64,000 nt of DNA from Octopus sinensis (Eukaryota): positions 111,910,001 to 111,974,000 of the forward strand of contig NC_043001.1 in NCBI RefSeq assembly GCF_006345805.1. Direction: 5' to 3'. The translations under genes and the position numbers were made by a program. Shown here piece after piece: positions 54,857 to 64,000 of this stretch. Position 1 is the stretch's first letter. Every line of letters starts with the position of its first letter. Under the pieces are notes generated by a model. The model was not told the origin of the DNA, searched no databases, and was given only the letters and a program-made list of their open reading frames with translations.

Positions 54857-55090
54857 AGGCGGCGAGCTAGCAGAATCGTTAGCACGTCGGGCGAAATGCT
54901 TAGCGGTATTTCGGCTGCCGTTACGTTGTGAATTCCGCCGAGGTCGACTTTGCCTTTCATCCTTTCGGGGTCGATAAATTAAGTACCAGTTAAGCACTGG
55001 GGTCGATATAATCGACTTAATACCTATGTCTGTCCATGTTTGTCTCCTCTGTGTTTAGCCCCTTGTGGATGATAAAGAAATAGGTATTTT
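54857..55090 (+). mobile_element. SINE family B, full length
   Basis: GGCGGCGAGCTAGCAGAATCGTTAGCACG head and shared body. Confidence 0.85.
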
Positions 55091-55156
55091 AACACCCAGC
55101 GTTATTAGGGAGTTTACTCTTAGCGATACGCCGCAGCAAATACGGCGAATAAACGG

Positions 55157-55232
55157 AGCGCATATATTATGTGTGTACTCGATAAAGTTTACATAGCGCA
55201 TATATTATGTGTGTACTCGATAAAGTTTACAT
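55157..55232. repeat. Perfect 38-bp tandem duplication
   Basis: AGCGCATATATTATGTGTGTACTCGATAAAGTTTACAT x2. Confidence 0.95.
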
Positions 55233-55327
55233 TACTTGTGCATATCTTAATTTGCAATTGAATGTGTGCGTGCTGCGCGTGAGTACTGTGTGTGCATATT
55301 CTTTTACTTTCTTTTATAATTGAACCT

Positions 55328-55713
55328 TTTCAGTCATTTGACGGCGGCCATGCTGGAGCAGTGCCTTTTGTGGAGCAAATCAACCCCAGGACTTATTCTT
55401 ATTAAGTAAGCCTAATACTTATTCTATCGGTATCTTTTGCCGAACCGCCAAATTACAGGTACATAAACACACCAGCCACGGTTGTCAAACAAAGTTTGGT
55501 GGGAGGGTGCAACCACGGACATACAAACATATACACATGCATACATATCTCTATATATACATATATACGAAGGGCTTCTTTCAGTTTCCGTCTACCAAAT
55601 CCACTAACAAGGTTTTAGTCGGCCAGGGGCTATAGTAAGAAACACTTGCCCAAGGTGCCATGCAGTGGGACTGAAACCTGAACCATGTGGTTAGTAAGCA
55701 AGCTACTTACCAC
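55328..55713 (-). mobile_element. SINE family A
   Basis: Reverse complement of the 21126-type element. Confidence 0.85.
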
Positions 55714-56111
55714 TTGTTAAACTAATACACCTGTTTGTTGTTCATACACCTGGCTTCATCTTTTCTTTTTCTATCAATTTCAACTATATATATATATATA
55801 TATATATATATGTTTGTGTGTGTGTGTGTGTGTGTGCGTATATATGTGTGTGTTTGTGTGTGTGTCTGAATATATGAATCTGTGAATGTTTTGTGTGCGC
55901 ATCTACGTCAGCGTATGAAGTATATGTTATGATTCTCCAATATTTTATGATTTAAAGAAATGCTTTCCATATGGACAAATTTATGCACACTTGTTTGAAT
56001 GTGTGCATAGAACATATGCCTAAAACACAGACATAGAACTCTGTGTGCGTGTGTGCGCGCGCGTGTGTATGTAAGGGTATATTTTAGTCCACGCATGCGT
56101 GCTTGCATACG

Positions 56112-56158
<47 letters not shown>

Positions 56159-57169
56159 ATATATATATATATATATGGATACGTATGTGTGTGTATGTGT
56201 TTGTATGCCTGTGTTTGCACCCAACCAAATCGCGTGACAACAGATGCTGTTTGTGTTACGTCCCCGTAACTTAGCGGTTCGGCAAAAAACCCCGATAAAA
56301 TAAGAAGTAGGCTTACAAAGTATAAGTCCTGGGTGTTCCATTTGGTGGACTAAAGGCGGTGCTCCAGCATAGCCGCAGTCAAATGAGTGAAACAAGCAAA
56401 AGAGTATATGTATATATATATATATATTATATATATATATATATGTGCGTTTGTGTGTGTGTGTGTGTGCGTGTGTGTATGCGCACACACACACACACAT
56501 GCACACATACACACACCCACACGCCATGCACACACATACATATGTGTAGATGCACGCCCATGCTGGTGCACACGCCCCCTCCCTTTTACTCATTCTCTCG
56601 CTTTTTTCTTTTCCCCACACACACTACGTTTATCTCTCTCTCTCTCTCTTTCGTTCTATTTAATACAAAGATACAATAAGATTCCAAGCAATTCCGCTCT
56701 AAATGTGTTTTTATGTGTGTGGTGCGTATGTGTGTTCACGCGCGCGTGTGTGTATGCGTGCGTGCGTGTATGTGTGTATGTGTGCATGTGTTTTTGTGTG
56801 CGTGTGTGTGTTTGCATGTGCATATCTGCTTGCGTGTGTGCTTTTCTCTGTGTCTGTGTGTGTATTTATAGAAATGATTTTACCGTTGCACCCACGATAC
56901 ATATTTGTATTATTATCCTCTGTATTTTTATTCTGCGTTTAGTTGTTTTTTTGTTTTCCTATTATCTTCATTCATTCAATGTTTCTCATAAATTTTGATT
57001 ATTTTCCTTCGTTTCTTCTCCTACTCTTTCTTTATATTCTGTCGTTTCATTCGTTATTTCATTCTCTCTTTTTTTTTATGAACAACTTTATCCAAATATT
57101 TTTCCTTTCGTTCTTCCTTTATTCCTACTTTTCTCTTAGTCTCTCCCTCTCAGCAAAATAACTGCGACT

Positions 57170-57340
57170 AGTCCCACTGCGTGGCATCCGCGAGTCGTCC
57201 AAAGTTTGGTAGACGGAAACTGAAAGAAGACCGTCGTATATATGTATGTATGTATATATATATATATAATATATATATATATATATGTGTGTGAGTGTGT
57301 GTGTGTGTGTGTATACATATACATAAATACACACACACAC

Positions 57341-57396
<56 letters not shown>

Positions 57397-57628
57397 ATAT
57401 ATATGCATGTGTGTGTATATGTTTGTGCGTCTGTGTCCCCCAACATCGCTTGACAACCGATGCTGGTGTGTTTACGTCCCCGTAACTTAGCGGTTCGGCA
57501 AAAATGACCGATAGAATAAGTACTAGGCTTACAAAGAATAAGTCCTGGGGTCGCTTTGCTCGACAAAAGTCGGTGCTCCAGCATGGCCGCAGTCAAATGA
57601 CTGAAACAAGTAAAAGAGTAAAAGAGAG
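57170..57628 (+). mobile_element. SINE family A (5'-truncated)
   Basis: Matches the 21126 copy from AGTCCCACTGCGTGGCA to the GTAAAAGAG tail. Confidence 0.85.
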
Positions 57629-58654
57629 CAATGAGTAGTTTTTTCCCCTCTTCTTTTCGGTCCTTTTTTGCCACAATCTCTGCCTTCTCTTTCTTTTATT
57701 TCCACTTATTCATTTATTAACTCTTTTCTTCTATCTCTCTCCTTATATTTCTCTACCTTTCTCCCTCTCTCTTATATTTTTTTGTTTTTGTCTTGCTCCG
57801 TCTCACACTGACTTTATAAAAAAACAAGACAAATTGTTGTTGTTCTTTTTTCCTTCTTGAGCCACACCTGGCTCATAAAGGCCGGTTTCCCAGTTTCCTT
57901 GGCGTACAGGCTCCCCACCTGGATGGGACGCCAGTCTGTCACAAGGATTCAAATTAGCAAAGTGTAACTCTCTCTGTCTGCTTGTCTCTCCTTACTCATG
58001 TGCGCATTACTCATCTCTGCTCACTATCTTTTATTCTCAATGGAAAGAGAAAGAGGGGGATAGAGAGTGAGAGAAAATGAGAATGTATGAGAGAGAGGGA
58101 GAGAGAGAGAGAGCGTATGAAGAGTGACAAATTATGAGATACAGACAAAATTAAAAATTTGGAGGCAAAATGATGTGAAAGAATGACAATGCGAGTGACA
58201 GAAATGAAATGTGTCGAAGGCTTCCCCCTTAACCTAGTCCGGTACCTTTCCCGCAACATGATATTTAAATTGTCGATTGTAAACATTTAACACTGCATAT
58301 ATAATATATTGTTGTTTGTTCCCTCTCGAGCCATTCCTGGCTCATAAGGGACGGTTTCCCGGTTACCTTTGCGTATAGGTTCCCCAACTGAATTGGACGC
58401 CGGTCCGTCGCAGGTGAGCTGCAAGATTCAGGAGCAAAGAGTGAGAGAAAGTTGTGGCGAAAGAGTCAGCAGAAGTTCGCCAGACCGATAGAATAAGTCC
58501 TAGAGTTACGATGAATAAGTGCTAGGGTCAATTTATTGAAATAAAGCCGGTGCTCCAGCATTGCCGCAGTCAAATCACTGAAACAAGTAAAAGAATAAAA
58601 GAACATACACACACCACACACATACACACACACATTCACTCGCATATATATATA

Positions 58655-58690
<36 letters not shown>

Positions 58691-58949
58691 TATTTATGTA
58701 TATATGTGTGTGTATCTATTATTCGCCATGATAGATCGCTAGCCACTACACATTCTTTATTTTCTCTCCTTGTTTCTTTCTGTGTTCCTTTCTGTGGAAG
58801 AGCATAGGCTCAAAACGTTAAAGGCTTTTGTACTTCCCGAGCGTTATACTAATACATCTGTTTGTTGTCTACACCAGCTGCCTTCGTTTCTAGTTTTTTG
58901 TGAATTCTCCCTATATACGTGTATATATATATATATATATATATATAAA

Positions 58950-59250
58950 CTTAGATAAACTTAGATATGTTTCGACCAAAGATTGGTCCAGGCCATGTCT
59001 AACTTAATAGCACCACCTGATAGGATTATTCGAATCCTGTTTAAGTCAAGTTTTGTTTAAGTCCTTGTTGGGTGAGTTGTATCAAGTTTTGTTCAAGTAG
59101 TGAGTTCTTGTTGGGTGAGTTGTATCCAATTATGGGTGGCTTATCTGGTATTCTTTGAAGGAATCTATCCAGACTCCGTTTAAAGTTGATGGGATCCTTT
59201 TCCTCTTTGATCTCCCTCGGGACAATGTTAAATAGGGCAGGGCCTGTTGA
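58950..59250 (-). mobile_element. 3' end of a CR1/L2-group LINE
   Basis: STGPALFNIVPREIKEEKDPINFKRSLDRFLQRIPDKP...NSLL is typical of a CR1-group ORF2 C-terminus. Its 3'UTR recurs on the plus strand at about 48308-48370. Confidence 0.7.
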
Positions 59251-60533
59251 GTCTGTTTCTCTCCCTTTTTCTCCCATACAAACGTAGACTTCTTTGCATT
59301 CGTATATATGTATATATTTTATTTATCGTGCATTATGTGAAAAGTTAACTTAAGCATAGATCATTGTCATGACTGTGTTGGTAGCATTGTACTGAAAGTG
59401 TAAATGAAATGAAGGCAAAATCAAGACGGTGATAGCAAAAATTGCGCACGCAGTTGATTGATAACCATGAGTTATTTAAATGTGACGAATACCTCGCATT
59501 GCCTGGGTAGCGAAGTCCTCCAATGAAAATTTTGAAGTTTGTACCCGCGATGTGTGATTACATCTTCTATTTTTTCAAGTTCTTTTTTTGAAATTGGAAG
59601 ATTGTTGTTTAACATACGAAACTTCCGTTGCAGTTGCGGAAAAAAATTATTTCATTATGCAGCCAACAAAGTTGTGGACGTTAAAAGCAAACATATTGCT
59701 TTCAATATGATATATAAATCTTAAAGTACTGAGTAGAAAAACAGCACTGCAACCCCTGGGAAATTTGATGATGTTTAGTGCAAAATATTTCGAAGTGGGC
59801 CACGGAAAAAATTCTATTCTTGGAAATATAAAAAAAATTATCAAAATTTAATAAAATAGATTTTCTACGATAATTTTTATTCGCCATTTTCTCCAAAATA
59901 TGATAACTTCCTACAAGACTTGTTTTTTTGTCTATCATTTTATTAAAAATTAGGGTTGCAGATATCGTAAACTTTGGTTATTGATACCACGTGTTTTCGA
60001 AAACCAAATGCACATTCCATTCACATTATACATACTGGAGAAATTCTGCTTTAAAAAAACAGTTGGGCCATGGAGAAAGTTCAACTCCAAAAAGTACCAA
60101 GTATTAACAATTCTATAAGGGTAAAAACCTGTTTAACTATCCAGAATTGGAGAAAGAGTTGTTTTAGTACGTAGAAGAGATGAAGACTAAGTCGACATAT
60201 TGCAACAGCAGCATATTAAGTTACAGAGCTAATAAAAAAAAAAATTGATAAACAAAATTGCTGGCGATTCATATACTTAAAGTGGTTTCCACGAGGTAAA
60301 CCGGTTTTATGCAAACTTTTCCCTGTAAAAAAGATATTTGTTCGTCTAATATCTGTGTTTTAGACTTTTTGTGCGGTTCTTATGCTTTAAAATTTACTTC
60401 CATATTGAATTTATTTCTTTCAATATATCAATAAGTTTAAAAGTGGATAAAACGTATTACTGAAACTTTGCAGGAAAAAAGTGGATGGCAGTCATATTAA
60501 ATTCGACATTGCATGGTACTCGAGTAAATAAGG

Positions 60534-60607
<74 letters not shown>

Positions 60608-60740
60608 CCTATCTATCTCTCTGGCTGTCTGTTTAGGTATCTCTCTATATTCCTGTCTGTCTGTCTGTCTATTTATCTATCTATCTATCTAGCAGTCTGC
60701 ATGCCTGTCTGTCTGTCTATCTATCTATCCATCTATTGGT

Positions 60741-60779
<39 letters not shown>

Positions 60780-60832
60780 GCAGTCTGCATGCCTGTCTGT
60801 CTGTCTATCTATCTATCTATCCATCTATTCGT

Positions 60833-60886
<54 letters not shown>

Positions 60887-61099
60887 GTCTATCTATATAT
60901 ATATATATCTGTTTGTCTGTCTGTTTTTTCTGTCTGCATGTCTGTCTGTCTCTCTCTCTCTCCATCTATATATATACATATAGGCATGCATACATACATA
61001 CATACACTATATTTCAAATTTGACGATATCTCAGTATGTGCCAAAATGAAAATAAATACTTAAATAAAATATAAGAAATATTATAGAGAAAAACAAATA

Positions 61100-61633
61100 T
61101 AGACAGAAATTAACAGATATCTAACGGTATCATGTTCGTTCATTGGTGATGAATGAAGAAAATGTCCTCAGCATATAGTGCTAGAGGACGAACCGTATGC
61201 ATGCAGGTTGTCGGAGAAAAACATTCGTTTTGCATGCAATGAAATACATCATCGCCACTCTGCGACGAAATGCAATACCGTGGAAGCGACGAGGGAATTT
61301 GTCGTGGGACTTCAATCCGAAAGACGAAATAGTCACACGAGCAGGATTAATGTGGTCACTGACAAGAAAAACAAACTGTTTTGTAGCCGACCCTGTAAAC
61401 CCATTTGTCAACAGACGAACAGAATAAACAGAAATAAAACAGTTAATATAGAGTTTGACACCGCCATATTGTATAAAATCCTCAAGTGTTGTAAGAGAAA
61501 AAGTAAAGTGTTCATGATATCACGATTATTATTTAGTACCTTGTGAGGCACTATCATTAATTCTGTGATGAAATTCTTAAAAGTCATTAATCTATTTTGC
61601 ATTTTGCATTCAATTACTTAATCGGGCTACGTT
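61100..61633 (+). mobile_element. Possible highly decayed mariner-like relic
   Basis: LEDEP (cf. LEDEPRSGRP linker) at 61181. Weak evidence. Confidence 0.3.
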
Positions 61634-62820
61634 AAACTGTCGGTAGGTTGGACAATTTGTAGTGAAAACAAAACAAAAGAATATTTCGTTTTTGGATTTG
61701 GTTTGCAAGATTCTTTATATGAGTTCGTGTGTTGAAGTATATTCTGTTGTGTCTGGGGAAGAGGCAACAAAAATTTTAGGAAAATAAAAATAAGAAATAA
61801 GTGGAAATTTTACCGATGAGTGTGTTATAGTATAAGGCACAAAAAGAAAATTACTCCCCCCAGACACAACAAAACAAAAGAAGAAAAACCCGAAAAAATT
61901 CTACTTGGATTCGTATCATAGCAGCTACGGAACTATCCATCAGAGATATAATATTATTTAGCATTGTTCTTAAAACTGCCGAGACTGGCAAGATCGTTCC
62001 GTTGGCAAAATAATTTGTTCTAAATAGAGTATTATTCCAGTACAAAAACTCAGTAACTCAAGATACAATCAGGTTTTTAAGGGAGATTTTCCTTCATCGG
62101 GTTCTTATTCTCCCACTGTCAGCAAAATGACCTCGACTATTTTTTTCCTCTCAAGAATCACCGTGTCCCTGCTCCCGGTCTTACTTAAAATGTCTGGAAA
62201 GACTAACTCCTTGTAATGAGACGGCGGCGAAGAAGAAGAAGAAGAAGGAAGAGGAGAAGAAGAAAAAGAAAAAGAAGAAGATGAAGAAGAAGAAGAAAAT
62301 GCGGGAGTTGTATGACAGTAGCAGGATGCTTGTGGAATCCTCTTAAATGGTCAAGTGACTTAAAAGTGACCAGTTGTAGTGGTAATGGTAGTGGTTGGAA
62401 TTGTTTTGAATTCATGTGAAGTGGCCGTTCTGAATATAGCGTTTAGAATATTTGCGTGGGTATTATTCTAAGGCCTTTGTAATAGTGTCATTTGTGGTGG
62501 ATGCATTCAAAAGGGGTTTATATTTTCTGATAAAGAATTACTCTTTACTAGTGTGCTGACAACCTGTTGCATCATCCCTGAACTGATAGAGGGGAAAAAT
62601 TCTGAAGCTAGATTGTTTGTTATTGGCCTAAAATTCGATGTGTTCGGTAAATGCTATTTTTCTGTATTTCATAATTTTGATCTGGGATATGTGCAGAGCC
62701 ATTCTTTGAGGTAGACTGTCTTTGATTTGGCTACAGTCAAATGAGTGAAATAAGTAAAATAATAAAAGAGTAACAGATATATATAAATATATGTGTGTAT
62801 GTGTGTCTGTCTATATATAA

Positions 62821-62873
<53 letters not shown>

Positions 62874-62893
62874 CATACATACATACATATATA

Positions 62894-62957
<64 letters not shown>

Positions 62958-64000
62958 GTATGTGCATATATAGATACATATACTGTCATACAACTCCCGC
63001 ATTTTCTTCTTCTTCTTCATCTTCTTCTTTTCAGCTGAAAAGAATAACATGTGAAAGAACGCTCGAATCAAATAACTGCATGTATATAGAATATGATGGG
63101 CAATCATGGTTGCATTGTTGTGCTAAAGATTGTGTAGGAATGGAATTTGAAGTATCAAGTAAAGAAGTAAATATCAGCAAACTGAAATTCTGAAAGTCAG
63201 AGTAGAATACATAAAATAATTTAGCGGATATTAATTCGAAAATCCGCGTTGTCGTAACTAGTAAAAACACGACAAAATTTTAATCTTTAGGAATAGGTGT
63301 TGATATAAATTAATGGATTTATGGAACATTTTTTACGAGCACTTTTTTTAAACGTAGAATGTAAATTTGTGGGTGTTATTTAATCAAGAATCTTTAGAAA
63401 ATAAAATTTCTAATTTTTTTTCAGCCGTTGTTATCTTTCCTGTTATCAATATAGAGCGAGGTTTCCCCGCTATACAACATTTAATAACGTAGCAGGTTCG
63501 TTCCTCTTCTATTAATTTCGAAAGTGAATCCAATAAAATGGTAGAAATTATGTAGAAGGATTCATTAAAGATGTGAATGAGAATAAAACCTTGTTTCGAA
63601 CGAATTAGTTCTGAAATAAACATAAACTTTATTTATGGTAAGCGACGGAACGGTACTTTTGCTCGCTATATTTTTAGCGAAGCAATAAGCGTTAATACGT
63701 TATTGCTTACGAGTATTACAATTAGAAATGGGTCTGTAAGGTTATTTGCCTGCTGTAGTTTAGTCACATCAGAACCAATAATAATACGTGCGGTTTCCAA
63801 AGAAGAATGCGATTGTTGACAGTGTGTTTGTTTAAACTGCAAAGGTATCGGTACAGGTCGTAGAAGTATTAATAAGGATATGAATATTCTTATAAATGTA
63901 TATGTGTGTGTCTGTGTACGTATTTGTGAGTGTATGTGTGCATATATATGTATATTTGCATGTTTCCCGAGCGTCAAACTAATACGTCAACTTGTTGTTC

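Overview
AT-rich eukaryotic DNA saturated with microsatellites and SINEs. The tRNA-derived SINE repertoire and the neuropeptide sequence point to a coleoid cephalopod, most likely Octopus (inference). Only one credible protein-coding exon is present: a minus-strand buccalin/allatostatin-A-type neuropeptide precursor exon (27678-28347) with clear splice sites; its 5'-UTR exon and terminal exon could not be placed. Almost all other ORFs in the track are microsatellite translations. Transposon debris includes a Tx1/L1-like 3' fragment, two RLE-type LINE fragments, a CR1-group 3' end, a Tc1/mariner relic and two intact MITEs. The most notable unexplained signal is about a dozen type-I hammerhead-ribozyme-like motifs from several unrelated Penelope-like repeat families, often in fold-back inverted repeats next to microsatellites. 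Their cores co-vary at the tertiary 3-8 pair: C3-G8 canonical, G3-C8 at 46759 and U3-A8 at 24539. There is a 100-N assembly gap at 45816-45915. All folds and alignments were read by eye; no searches were run.
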